Source: a virus. From it: DNA of 64,000 nucleotides. The notes beneath the pieces were generated by a model. It was given only the letters and a program-made list of their open reading frames with translations. It was not told the origin of the DNA and ran no database searches. Position 1 is the first letter of the stretch. Each line of letters begins with the position of its first letter. The DNA lies in the IMG/VR virus record IMGVR_UViG_3300043419_002186, positions 1-64,000 of that record; one strand, 5' to 3'. Position numbers and translations under genes: made by a program. Positions 38,759 to 47,872 of this stretch are shown here, piece by piece.

Positions 38759-39871
38759 TCACTCGTCCGTGCTGGTCATGTAGTCGGGGACCTCTTCCAT
38801 GCGGATGCGCGCCGCGGGCAGCAGCAGACGCCCGTCGGAGGGAAGCTCGAAGACGAGGCACGTCTTCCCCTTCTCGCTCACGCCGACACCGAACGTCGGC
38901 TTCGAGTCGAGCAGCAGCGCCGTCTGCAGGTCGAGGCCCTTGGCCACGTGGCAGAAGCCCTCGTCCGCCTCGGCGTCCTTCGCGAGGTCGAAGCCGTAGT
39001 TCTCCGACTTGCGGACGTTCCATGCGCTGGCGACACCCGACACGGTGAGCCCGTGCGGCGTCGAGACGAGGAGCGTGTAGTCGGCCTTCTCCTGCCTGTC
39101 GCGGGAGACCTTGCGCTCCTTCGCGTCGTGGTGCTCCTTCACGGGAGCGCTCATGCGCTTGGCCTTGTCGAGCGACTCGCGGCTGACGCGGGCGTAGGCG
39201 ACGGGCTCAATCGAGGCCACGTCGAGCACCTCGCTGAAGTCGAACCACTCTTGCTCGCAGCGGATGGCGACGGTGGCGTGCGTCGTCGTGAAGCTGCTCG
39301 TCGTGTTGACGAACATGGTGTGCTCGACGTCATCGAAGCCGAAGCGGACGAGAGGGGCCCCGTAGTCGGGCATGCGCTCCTTCTCGGAGAGGGCGCGCCG
39401 GTAGTCGTACGTCTGCAGCATCGCGAGCGTGAAGGCGAGGCGAGGCACCGCGGCGAAGGCACCCTGCGTCTTCTCCGCGAGCAGGGGCAGCTCGCATGGG
39501 GCGATGAAGATGCGGTTGGGCGTGAAGGCCACCGCGGTCGTGCCGTTGAAGTAGAAGTAGCCGTCGCTGACGCAGGGCTCAGCGTCGTCGATGGTGGCGA
39601 ACGTGAGCCCCAGCAGCACGTCCTCGGGCAGCGTGTCGCACACCGCCTCCTTGAGGTCGGGAATCGGGATGGGGGACCCGCGGCTGTAGCTGCGCTCCGA
39701 GAAGGGCGTGAACGTCGAGAAGTTCGTGCCGTCGATGGTGAGCGTCACGTCGTGGCGCTCGTAGGTCGCGAGCTTCGAGGCCTTGTCCGCGGACCAGCTA
39801 CCCACTGACGCGAGAGAGATGAGGCCACGTCCGAGAACGGCGTTCGTCTTGAGCTTCTTGATAAGTCCCAT
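38759..39871 (-). CDS. Divergent DNA sliding-clamp (DnaN-like) protein
   Basis: 370 aa; AVAFTPNRI ~ VATDGHRL, WFDFSEVL ~ FPDYRRVL, LLLPAARI ~ VVMPMRL. Confidence 0.5.
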   Translation of the reverse strand: MGLIKKLKTNAVLGRGLISLASVGSWSADKASKLATYERHDVTLTIDGTNFSTFTPFSERSYSRGSPIPIPDLKEAVCDTLPEDVLLGLTFATIDDAEPCVSDGYFYFNGTTAVAFTPNRIFIAPCELPLLAEKTQGAFAAVPRLAFTLAMLQTYDYRRALSEKERMPDYGAPLVRFGFDDVEHTMFVNTTSSFTTTHATVAIRCEQEWFDFSEVLDVASIEPVAYARVSRESLDKAKRMSAPVKEHHDAKERKVSRDRQEKADYTLLVSTPHGLTVSGVASAWNVRKSENYGFDLAKDAEADEGFCHVAKGLDLQTALLLDSKPTFGVGVSEKGKTCLVFELPSDGRLLLPAARIRMEEVPDYMTSTDE

Positions 39872-39941
39872 CTGTCACTCCGTGCCCCGTGGGGCCTTGC
39901 AGGTCCCTCCCCCGCAGGGGAGGGCTCTGTGAATCGATTCG

Positions 39942-40934
39942 CTACTTGTAGAGGCGCGTGGGGTTGTCGATGTGCGTCTTCTCGACCACCTTCTTCAGCA
40001 CCACCTCGTTGTCCTTGCCCAGCGAGCGGATGCCCCACACGAACTCGATGACGGCACCCTTCGGCTTCTGCCTCGCGACGAGGTACTCGGGGACACCGTT
40101 CGCGTTCGGGCGGACAGCGAGGACGAGTGTCTCCTCCCCGAAGAGGCCCGCGAGCCCGGGCTTGCCCACCTTGAAGTACCAGTGGGGCGTGACGTTGAAG
40201 GTCAGTTCGAGGGGCCGCTTCGAGCCTGTGCCCTTGCGCTCCCAGTACAGCGAGGGCACGGTGACTGCGCACTTCCCGCGCTTGGCCCGCTCAGCCGCCT
40301 CGTCGTTGTCGATGCGGAAGTCGTTCGCACGGGTCCCACATCGTGCGTAGGTAATGCCCGACTTCGGGGAGCGGTCACCTTTGCCCGCGGGGGCTCGGAA
40401 GCGGGCCTGTGTGAAGGCCTCCTTCGCGCAGGTCATCATCTGCTCGTACAGGCGCAGACGCACCTTTGACTCGGGGTCCATGCCCAGCGGCGTCGGCTTC
40501 GCTTCCTTCGCGGCCTTCCTGCGCTCCTCGGCGGCCTTGCCACGTGCCGCGATGAAGGGGTTCATCGCTTGCTCGCACGCACGCCTCGCGCCCAGCGGAA
40601 GCGCGCCTCCCGCGAGCTTCTCCAGCCGCTGCAGGACCTCGCTCATGTAGCTGTAGCTGAAGCTGCCACCCGTGGCCTCGACCTCCTTCTTCGTCTTGCC
40701 GTTGATGTCGCGGTTGATCCACTTGACCGCGAACCACTTGAGAGCCTCGACGTCGCGGACGGGGACACCCGCGGCCTCCCACATGAGCCAGCGCTGCTGC
40801 AGCGAGTGAAGCTCGGCGCGACCCGCACGTGTCGTCGCCTCGGGGAGCGCGACCTCGGGGGGCGTGTAGGTGGGCAGGTACATCGTCGGCCGTGAGAAGA
40901 GCGAGAGGTCGAACGTCAGTCGTGTCTTCGTCAT
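39942..40934 (-). CDS. Hypothetical protein
   Basis: 330-aa ORF; AAGGA SD. Confidence 0.7.
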   Translation of the reverse strand: MTKTRLTFDLSLFSRPTMYLPTYTPPEVALPEATTRAGRAELHSLQQRWLMWEAAGVPVRDVEALKWFAVKWINRDINGKTKKEVEATGGSFSYSYMSEVLQRLEKLAGGALPLGARRACEQAMNPFIAARGKAAEERRKAAKEAKPTPLGMDPESKVRLRLYEQMMTCAKEAFTQARFRAPAGKGDRSPKSGITYARCGTRANDFRIDNDEAAERAKRGKCAVTVPSLYWERKGTGSKRPLELTFNVTPHWYFKVGKPGLAGLFGEETLVLAVRPNANGVPEYLVARQKPKGAVIEFVWGIRSLGKDNEVVLKKVVEKTHIDNPTRLYK

Positions 40935-40978
40935 GTTGCGTCCTTTCCGCCCCGTGGGGCCTTGACGAATCGATTCGT

Positions 40979-41560
40979 TTACTTGCCGTAGTTGAGGATG
41001 CCGTTCAGTTCACCCTCGACGTCGTTGAGCCCCGCGTAGCGAGCCGCGAAGCAGCGGGCGAGCTGCTCCATCGTCACGGGAGACGTGCCCGTGTCGAGGC
41101 TCGCGTAGCCCCCCGTCTTGTAGGTAAGCGGAGGCACGGAGAGCTTCTTCTTGACGCCGAAGATGCGGTCGCCTCCGACGGCGGTCCTGATGAAGCCGCC
41201 CGAAAACTCGGCGTAGCAGATGCCATCGTGTGCGAGGAAGACGAGCACGTGCGGCGCGTAGTCGGGGATCGTCGCGTGGTCAGCCCACAGTTCCCCCTCC
41301 TCGCCCTCGATGCCGAAGGGGACGAGGCGCCCGTAGTAGGTGTCGCACTCGTCGGTGCTCTTCAGCGACCTCACACGCCCCTTCTCACCCAGCGCGGCGT
41401 TGTCGGTGAAGTTGATGGCGAGGCCCACGCGGTTGAGGGCCTCGACGAGTTCCTGCACCGCGCCCGCGATGAGGTGGTTCTTGTCCTCGCGGTTCTGCTC
41501 GATCTGCGCCTTGGTGGCTCGGGCCTTGGCGAAGGCCTCGGTGAATGCGTTGCTGCCCAT
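40979..41560 (-). CDS. Hypothetical protein
   Basis: 193-aa ORF; AGGAAGGG SD. Confidence 0.7.
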   Translation of the reverse strand: MGSNAFTEAFAKARATKAQIEQNREDKNHLIAGAVQELVEALNRVGLAINFTDNAALGEKGRVRSLKSTDECDTYYGRLVPFGIEGEEGELWADHATIPDYAPHVLVFLAHDGICYAEFSGGFIRTAVGGDRIFGVKKKLSVPPLTYKTGGYASLDTGTSPVTMEQLARCFAARYAGLNDVEGELNGILNYGK

Positions 41561-41713
41561 GACTCTGCCCTTCCTGCCCCGTAGGGCTTGGCCGCTCAGG
41601 GCCCTGTTGGTGAATCGATTCGGGAGTCTTTCCCTCCTGCCGAAGGGCAGCGCGGTGAGTGCGCGCTACCCCTCCGCGGGAGGGGGCGAGACCGAAGCCC
41701 CGCCCCACCCGTC

Positions 41714-42601
41714 CTACGCCTCGCTCGCGTCCTTCGCCTGTTGCGCGAGGCTCGCGGCGCGGGTCGCGGCCATCTGTGCGTCGTACATCTTCTGCCGCAG
41801 CGCTTCGAGCGAGCCACCCAGTGCCGACTCCCACACCGTGATCTGCTCCGCGACGTTCGCGACGGCCTCTGCCTGATTCGTGAGCCCCTTCGGGCCCGTC
41901 TTGCCCGCCTCGATCTTCTCGTAGGTCTCGTTGACGATGGCGTCCACCTTCGCGAGCGCCGTCGAGATGACCGACTGCAGGGTCCTCTCGTCACCCGTGA
42001 CCGTGAAGGGGCGCGTCGTCACGCCGCCTCGCACCGCTTCGAGCGCGTCGGTGAGGGCGAACCACGTGGCGACCGACGACTGCGGGAGCCAGTAGGCGCC
42101 GCCTCCGTCGCGGATGCGGGTGCCCGCGAGGTTCTGCTGCGCCACCGTGGCGAGCGCCTCGGAGACGGCCGCGCCCTCGACCCGCTTGCGCGCCGCCTCG
42201 GTCGCCTCGACAAGCTCCAAGGCGAGGTGCGCGTCGTCGCATCGGACGACCTCGCCGCCGCTCGCGTTCTTCTCGACCCACGCCGACACCACGTGGACGT
42301 GCTTGTTCGAGAGCCCGTCGTCCGCGGCGACCTCGTCCACCACCTCGTAGCCTCGGGGCGTCGGGGCCACGCGCCGGTTCTTCTTCGAGTACTGCGCCAC
42401 CAGCGCGGCGCGCAGCGCGTCCTTCAGCGTCCGCTGCGCGGGCGCCAGCTTGCCGAGACCCACCTTCGCGAAGGCGTCACCGACACCCTGCAGGTCAGCC
42501 TCGCCCGCGGGGGACCACGTGACGATGATGCCGCAGCCCTCGACCGTCCCAAGTGCACGCCCCTCGACCACCACCGCTTCACCGTTCAGTGCCTGTGCCA
42601 T
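41714..42601 (-). CDS. Hypothetical protein of the AAA-VWA module (DUF3150-like)
   Basis: GGAGGAG SD; IVTWS...GGAYWLP; lies downstream of the VWA gene. Confidence 0.65.
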   Translation of the reverse strand: MAQALNGEAVVVEGRALGTVEGCGIIVTWSPAGEADLQGVGDAFAKVGLGKLAPAQRTLKDALRAALVAQYSKKNRRVAPTPRGYEVVDEVAADDGLSNKHVHVVSAWVEKNASGGEVVRCDDAHLALELVEATEAARKRVEGAAVSEALATVAQQNLAGTRIRDGGGAYWLPQSSVATWFALTDALEAVRGGVTTRPFTVTGDERTLQSVISTALAKVDAIVNETYEKIEAGKTGPKGLTNQAEAVANVAEQITVWESALGGSLEALRQKMYDAQMAATRAASLAQQAKDASEA

Positions 42602-42684
42602 TGCTGTCTCCTCCGCCCCCGTAGGGGCATCGTGTCGGGCAACGAGCCGCCGCACCCCATGTGCGGCGACTCGCGCCCGTTCTT

Positions 42685-44232
42685 TCACTGCCCGTCGTCG
42701 AAGGCCTCGACCACGTCCCTCGCCCACGCGGGCGTCGGGGAGGACGACTTGCGGACGAGGACGACGACGACCTCGCCAGCACCCTGCGGCTTCGTCGCGG
42801 GCCACCCCGTGTCGCCGTCGGTGAGGACGAACGTCAAGTGAGGCTTCACCTTCGCGACCTGCGCCACGCCAGCGCCCATGTCGGTGCCGCCGCCGCCGAC
42901 AAGCTGGTCTCGGATGTGCCCGACGACCTGCGACCCGTCCTTCAGCTTGACCGGCGTCGTCGGCCTCACGTCGCACGCGACCATGTAGGCCTCTTCGACG
43001 CCCCCCGCCTTGAGGATGCCGACGACCTCGCAGATGGAGTCGGTGATGCTCTTCGAGCCCATGGACCCCGACGTGTCGAAGACGAGGCCCACGCGCACCT
43101 TCGGCTTGAAGAGCGAGGGGAGCACCATGCCGAAGTGCGCTCCCACGCGGCTCGGCTTCGTCATCGTGAAGTCGGTCGCGCCCTTCGCGATGCCGATGCC
43201 GCGGCGGGTGATACTCGCGAGGCGGGCTCGCCAGTCCACCTTTGGCGGCTTGAGCACCTCTTCGGCCCACTGCTTGAGGCCCGCGGGCATGTCGCCTCGC
43301 CCCTGCTCCGCGTGCTTCTTGACCGCCTCCGCGGTCTGCTTTCGAATCGATTCGACCTCGTCGGGCGTGTAGCCGTTCGGCAGCGACTGCCCCGACGCCT
43401 TCGCGTCGTCGGCCAGCTTGTCGGTGTGCTCGGTGTCACCCGCGCAGCCGCCGCAGGAACGCTGCCCCGCGGGCTTCGGGGGCACGGGGACCGGCTTCGA
43501 GCCGCCGCCCTGCCCGCTCTGCGGGGACTGCGCGCCGCCCTCGCCCTCGCCGTCGCCCTCGCCATCCTGCGGGTCGCCCTCGCCCTTCTCGCCCTGCCCG
43601 CTCTGCGGCTTGCTCTGCTGCTGCCCCTGCTGCGGCTTGCCCTGTCCACCCTGCTGCGGCTGCTGCGGAGGCGGCGGCTGCTGGGCCAGCTTCGCGATGA
43701 CGGCGCGGTAGAGCGCGACGATGGACACCGTCTCCGCATTGCCGTCAATCGGGTCCACGTCAGCGTGCGTGAGCCCGTAGCGCTTGAGCACACTCTCGAC
43801 GGTGACGAAGCCGCAGGTCTCGAAGTCGGCCTTCGTCTTGACGACGTGACCGAAGGGGCGCAGACGGCCGCCGCTCGCGATGATGACTTCGCGGAGGACG
43901 ACGTTGCCGATGGCGTCGCCCAGTTCGTTCCACAGGCGACGGTGCTCGTCGGGGATGCACTGCGTGCGAGCCATGCCGAAGTGGTCGGGCATGAGGTGGA
44001 CGAGAATCTCATGCGCAATGTCCGCGGCCAGTTCCTCGGGCGCGATGGCCAGCGTGCGTGCCTCGTCGTGGAATATCTGCCGCTTCTCGTTCGCGGAGAA
44101 GCTCTTGCCGTAGTTCGGGACGTGGACGTACTGCAGAGCCTGAAGTTCCGGCTCGACGTACGGCATCGACTTGCGGATAAGCTGCCTTGCGATGGCGAGT
44201 TGGTCGCCCACCGTCTTGCCCTTCATGGCCAT
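42685..44232 (-). CDS. Metallopeptidase-like plus VWA protein (DUF2201-type)
   Basis: AHEILVH; Gln/Gly linker; VDWR; DTSGSM MIDAS; GGGGTD; LTDG. Confidence 0.9.
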   Translation of the reverse strand: MAMKGKTVGDQLAIARQLIRKSMPYVEPELQALQYVHVPNYGKSFSANEKRQIFHDEARTLAIAPEELAADIAHEILVHLMPDHFGMARTQCIPDEHRRLWNELGDAIGNVVLREVIIASGGRLRPFGHVVKTKADFETCGFVTVESVLKRYGLTHADVDPIDGNAETVSIVALYRAVIAKLAQQPPPPQQPQQGGQGKPQQGQQQSKPQSGQGEKGEGDPQDGEGDGEGEGGAQSPQSGQGGGSKPVPVPPKPAGQRSCGGCAGDTEHTDKLADDAKASGQSLPNGYTPDEVESIRKQTAEAVKKHAEQGRGDMPAGLKQWAEEVLKPPKVDWRARLASITRRGIGIAKGATDFTMTKPSRVGAHFGMVLPSLFKPKVRVGLVFDTSGSMGSKSITDSICEVVGILKAGGVEEAYMVACDVRPTTPVKLKDGSQVVGHIRDQLVGGGGTDMGAGVAQVAKVKPHLTFVLTDGDTGWPATKPQGAGEVVVVLVRKSSSPTPAWARDVVEAFDDGQ

Positions 44233-44265
44233 GTCGGACCTCCCGCCCCTTGGGGCGCTACCGTT

Positions 44266-44340
44266 GCGTGGGCTTGGGACCACGCTTGCGGGTTACACCG
44301 CGGAGTGAATCGATTCGGATTCACCCCGCGGCCCCTCACC
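44266..44340 (-). ncRNA. Twister-like self-cleaving ribozyme A (circularly permuted)
   Basis: GGU GAGGGG [P1 hairpin] UGU^AA CCC GC AA GCGUGG UCCCAAGC CCACGC. Confidence 0.8.
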
Positions 44341-44347
44341 GTTCGAC

Positions 44348-45457
44348 CTACGCGACCGTCTGAACCCCGAAGAGCTTCAGGTTCGCCGCCGCCTCGTTCT
44401 TCGTGCTGGCGCGGGGGTTGCCGCTCTTCGAGGAGCGCCACACCTGCAGCGGGCTCGAAGCGCTCGTCGCGAAGTCGCCCTGCCCGACGTTCGCCGCGGA
44501 GAGGATGACGCCCCACGCTGCATCGACGAGGAACTCCCGCTCCTTCGCGTTCGCGGCGAGCCCGTTCACGGCCTCGATGGCGCAGCCCGCGATGACGGGG
44601 TACACGTAGTCGGGGCGCGACGCGTCGGGCTTCCAGTCCACCGCGCCCGTGAGGACGTCGCGGGGCTTGGGCAGGTTCGCGCTCTTGACGTACTCACGGA
44701 ACGGACGCCCGTGGCCCTTGCCCACCGTGGCAGAGACCAGTTCGAGCCCCGACTCGGGGTCGCCGTCGCGCAGCGCAGCCGCGTAGAGGGCGCACGCGGC
44801 GTCCCACGCACGCGGGGACGGCCACGCGCCGCTGCGCTTGGACTCGTCCGCGGGGAATGCGAGCAGGGCCTTCTCCCCGAAGTGCGAGACGTAGCCGCCG
44901 ACAAGCTGCGCGGCTCGCTTGTCGAAGTCGTCGCCGTTGACGCGGTCGGTCATGAGCCACGTGGCCCACTCGGTCGGGCTCGGCACGTCGGCTTCGAGGT
45001 GGACGAGCCGGTTCGCCGCCGCGGGGGGCAGTTCGTTGCCCGCGGTCGTCATCTGCACGGGGTTCGCGGCGAGGACGATGCGCACGTCGGGGTGCAGGGG
45101 CACGTCGCCCACGACGCGTTCGAGGACGACGCGCAGCAGGGCGGACCACGTCGCGGGGCTCGCGAGCGTCGCCTCGTCAATAAACAGGGTGCCACCCTTC
45201 GAGAGCGCGGAGACCATGGTCGGCGCGAGCCGCTTGGTCTCGCCTTCCTGCGGGAAGGGGATGCCGCAGTAGTCGGTGGGGTCGGAGAGGGCGGGCATCG
45301 AGACCCACAGCGGGACACTGTCGGCCTTGGCGCCCCAGTAGCTGCGGTGCAGCGCCTTCATCATGGCGCTCTTGCCGATGCCGGGGGCACCGACGACGAA
45401 CGGGACACGGTTCGCCTTCATCGAGAGCAGCGCGAGCTTCATCCAGTGGGTGGCCAT
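44348..45457 (-). CDS. MoxR-like AAA+ ATPase
   Basis: GAPGIGKS, LFIDE, AAN, ANRLVH, PSPRAW. Confidence 0.9.
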   Translation of the reverse strand: MATHWMKLALLSMKANRVPFVVGAPGIGKSAMMKALHRSYWGAKADSVPLWVSMPALSDPTDYCGIPFPQEGETKRLAPTMVSALSKGGTLFIDEATLASPATWSALLRVVLERVVGDVPLHPDVRIVLAANPVQMTTAGNELPPAAANRLVHLEADVPSPTEWATWLMTDRVNGDDFDKRAAQLVGGYVSHFGEKALLAFPADESKRSGAWPSPRAWDAACALYAAALRDGDPESGLELVSATVGKGHGRPFREYVKSANLPKPRDVLTGAVDWKPDASRPDYVYPVIAGCAIEAVNGLAANAKEREFLVDAAWGVILSAANVGQGDFATSASSPLQVWRSSKSGNPRASTKNEAAANLKLFGVQTVA

Positions 45458-45513
45458 CGTCTCTACCTTCCCGCCCCGTAGGGCGCGCACCGTGCGGCAT
45501 GCACGGTGACCGT

Positions 45514-45583
45514 GACTGGACTTGGGACCAGTCGGTGCGGTTACGCCGCGGGGCGAATCGATTCACCCCGCGGTCCCTCACGC
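45514..45583 (-). ncRNA. Twister-like ribozyme B
   Basis: GCGU GAGGGA [P1] CGU^AA CCGC AC C GACUGG UCCCAAGU CCAGUC. Confidence 0.8.
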
Positions 45584-45588
45584 TTCTC

Positions 45589-46074
45589 TCACTCCCCCTG
45601 CTCGGGGTCGCCAAGCCCCGCCGCGAGCATGAGTTCGCGGACGACGACGGCGTAGCTGTTCTCCGAGTCCATCTGCCCCCACGCGTGCTGCAGCGACTCG
45701 GCCAGCATGCGCCAGTCTCGCCCCGTGAGCGTCACGCTGCGCGTCTGCGGCTGCGCGTCGAGGCGCCGCTGCTGCTCGGCGCGGGCCCTGTCCGCGGCCA
45801 CCTCGGCGTGCCGCTTGTAGTGCGCGAGAATGCGGGCGACGAGGCTCTCGGTCTCCTTTATCCCGTGACGCTCTTCCCGATGAAGCAGCGAGTCGAGGTG
45901 GTCGTCGAAGGCGACCGCGTCGCAGAAGAGCAGGGTGACCTTGTCTTCGAGTTCGTCTCGCGCAGCGTCATCGAGCTTCGCCGCGGCTCGGACCATGCGG
46001 CGGCCGATGAAGAGGGCACGGTTTATGATGCGGTCCTGCGTGTCGTTCGCGAGCGTGTGCTGCTGCGTGTCCAT
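45589..46074 (-). CDS. Hypothetical protein
   Basis: AGGAAGG SD; helical. Confidence 0.7.
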   Translation of the reverse strand: MDTQQHTLANDTQDRIINRALFIGRRMVRAAAKLDDAARDELEDKVTLLFCDAVAFDDHLDSLLHREERHGIKETESLVARILAHYKRHAEVAADRARAEQQRRLDAQPQTRSVTLTGRDWRMLAESLQHAWGQMDSENSYAVVVRELMLAAGLGDPEQGE

Positions 46075-46124
46075 GTGCTGCCTTCCTGCCCCGAAGGGCC
46101 ACCCGCCGACGCGGCGGGGACGAC

Positions 46125-46195
46125 GGACGGACTTGGGACCGTCCTGTGCGGTTACACCGCGGCGAACCGAATCGATTCACCACGGCCCCTCACGC
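46125..46195 (-). ncRNA. Twister-like ribozyme C
   Basis: GCGU GAGGGG [P1] UGU^AA CCGC AC A GGACGG UCCCAAGU CCGUCC. Confidence 0.8.
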
Positions 46196-46199
46196 TTGG

Positions 46200-46373
46200 T
46201 TATCGGTGCTGGCTCACGTACTCCGTCCACGCCGTGTCGAACCACTGGCGCTCTTCGGCCTGTCGGCGGGCACGCCGGATGCGGGCGCTGCGCGCTTCGT
46301 CGGCCCTCGCCCGCTTGTCGGCCTCACGGGAGGCGACGGTCTCGTACTGCGCGAACGTCCTGCAGCCCTTCAT
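46200..46373 (-). CDS. 57-aa Arg-rich protein (not in ORF track)
   Basis: GAGGA SD plus leader hairpin; MKGCRTFAQYE...EYVSQHR. Confidence 0.65.
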   Translation of the reverse strand: MKGCRTFAQYETVASREADKRARADEARSARIRRARRQAEERQWFDTAWTEYVSQHR

Positions 46374-46406
46374 GGCTTTCCTCTCTGCCCCTTGGGGCGG
46401 TGGTGG

Positions 46407-46637
46407 TTACGGGCCCCCGAAGTCCTCGCCTCGGGGTCCCCATGCGTCGTGACGGGCCGTGAATAGGTGCTGCTCAAAGGCCTCCAACAGGGCGCGCTGC
46501 GCGTCCGACAGGGGCTCGCCGCGCAGTGCCGCGGCGATGCCGTCGTGCAGGTCGCACGCCTCGCGCTCGTTGACGACAAGTTCGACTTCGATGCACGGGG
46601 CCGTGTCGGTGCACGTGAGCAGGGTCTCGGGCTTCAT
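46407..46637 (-). CDS. Hypothetical protein
   Basis: GAGG SD plus leader hairpin before MKPETLL. Confidence 0.6.
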   Translation of the reverse strand: MKPETLLTCTDTAPCIEVELVVNEREACDLHDGIAAALRGEPLSDAQRALLEAFEQHLFTARHDAWGPRGEDFGGP

Positions 46638-46665
46638 GGCTTGCCTCTCTGCCCCGTAGGGCGTG

Positions 46666-46731
46666 CGCACGGGCTTGGGACCGTGCATGCGGGTTACACC
46701 CCCACCCGTGCTGGCATGGGGGCCCCTCACC
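46666..46731 (-). ncRNA. Twister-like ribozyme D
   Basis: GGU GAGGGG CCCCCA...UGGGGG UGU^AA CCC GC A UGCACGG UCCCAAGC CCGUGCG. Confidence 0.78.
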
Positions 46732-46738
46732 TTTCGAG

Positions 46739-47836
46739 CTAGGCGGCGGCGCTGTCCGCGGGGGCCGCGGCGAGGCCTTCGAGCGCGGCCTTGCCGAAGA
46801 GCGCCTCGAACGCCGCCTTCGTCGGGAAGGCGCCCGCGGGGGCCGCAAGGTCCTCACCCAGCACCCAGCGCATGGCGAACATGACGCCCTGCGCAAAGCC
46901 CGCGCTCTTCGCGTCCTCGGGCTTGGGGAAGGCCAGCGTCTGCGTGCGCGCCTTCGTGAGCATGGCGCGCAGGTCGGCCTCCGCGGGGCGCCCCTTCGCC
47001 GCCTTGCGGGGCGCAACCGTCGGGGCCTTGCCCGCCTCGGCCTCGGCCTCGGCGCGGATGGTCTTCAGCGCCTCGGTCGAGACCTTGACCTTCGTCTCGC
47101 CGGTCTCGGTCTTCACGACGCGGGCGTCGGCCTTGCGGGAGCCCGTCTTCGAGGACGTCTTCCCCGAAGGCGAGGCCTTCGCCTCTGCGACGAGCGCTTC
47201 GACCTTGGCCGCGATGACGGGCTGCACTTCGGGGGCGGCGCGGGCCGCGATCTGCGCGGGGGCCATGTCGAGCGTGCCGTCGGTGACGAGGGCCTTCACC
47301 TCGGCCGTGGCCGACTTGTCGATGCCGAAGATGGAGACGACGGTGTCCTGCGGCTTGCCGAAGGCCTCCGCAATGTCGGGCAGCGTCATGCCAGCGGCGA
47401 GCATGCGCTTAGCGTTCGCCGTCTGCGCGGCGAGGTCGTCGTCGATACGGTGCGCGTTCGCCTTGACCTGCAGACGCAGCGCTTCGAGGCCCGTGGCCTT
47501 CGAGACGATGCAGGGGGCGAGGACGAGGCCCGCGGCGAGAGCGGCGCGCATGCGCTGCTTGCCGTTGATCACCTTGTAGCTCTTCGAGCCGTCGGCGCTC
47601 GGCGTCTCGGAGACGAGGAGCGACTGCAGGATGCCGTCGCGGCCGACGGACGTGACGAGGAACGGCGCGACAGGGGCTTCGATGCGCGGGTCGTAGTCCA
47701 CCGCGGCGGTGTCGGTCTCGAACCACAGCTTCGAGAGCGGGAGCATGACGACCTCGCCGCTGGCGAGGCTCTCGACGGGGACTGCGGGCGACTGCGTGAC
47801 GGTCTCGGTGCTCTTCGTGCTCTTCTTCGTGGCCAT
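46739..47836 (-). CDS. ParB/Srx-domain protein with HTH
   Basis: GILQSLLV...INGKQRMRAA (GxxRxxA), ANAHR, GMTLPDIAEAFGK. Confidence 0.85.
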   Translation of the reverse strand: MATKKSTKSTETVTQSPAVPVESLASGEVVMLPLSKLWFETDTAAVDYDPRIEAPVAPFLVTSVGRDGILQSLLVSETPSADGSKSYKVINGKQRMRAALAAGLVLAPCIVSKATGLEALRLQVKANAHRIDDDLAAQTANAKRMLAAGMTLPDIAEAFGKPQDTVVSIFGIDKSATAEVKALVTDGTLDMAPAQIAARAAPEVQPVIAAKVEALVAEAKASPSGKTSSKTGSRKADARVVKTETGETKVKVSTEALKTIRAEAEAEAGKAPTVAPRKAAKGRPAEADLRAMLTKARTQTLAFPKPEDAKSAGFAQGVMFAMRWVLGEDLAAPAGAFPTKAAFEALFGKAALEGLAAAPADSAAA

Positions 47837-47872
47837 GTGGCCCTGCGCTTTCTGCCCCGTGGGGCGGTGTGT

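Noticed and set aside
44233-44350. P5-like pairing of the ribozyme 5' flank with the SD region (GUCGAAC/GUCCGAC)
   Set aside because: Plausible in copy A and weakly in D, but absent in B and C, so not claimed as a general feature
46399-46445. Possible fifth twister (GGGGA-hairpin-CGUAACC)
   Set aside because: Lacks GAGGG and the P4/UCCCAAG loop and overlaps a coding 3' end; at most a decayed remnant
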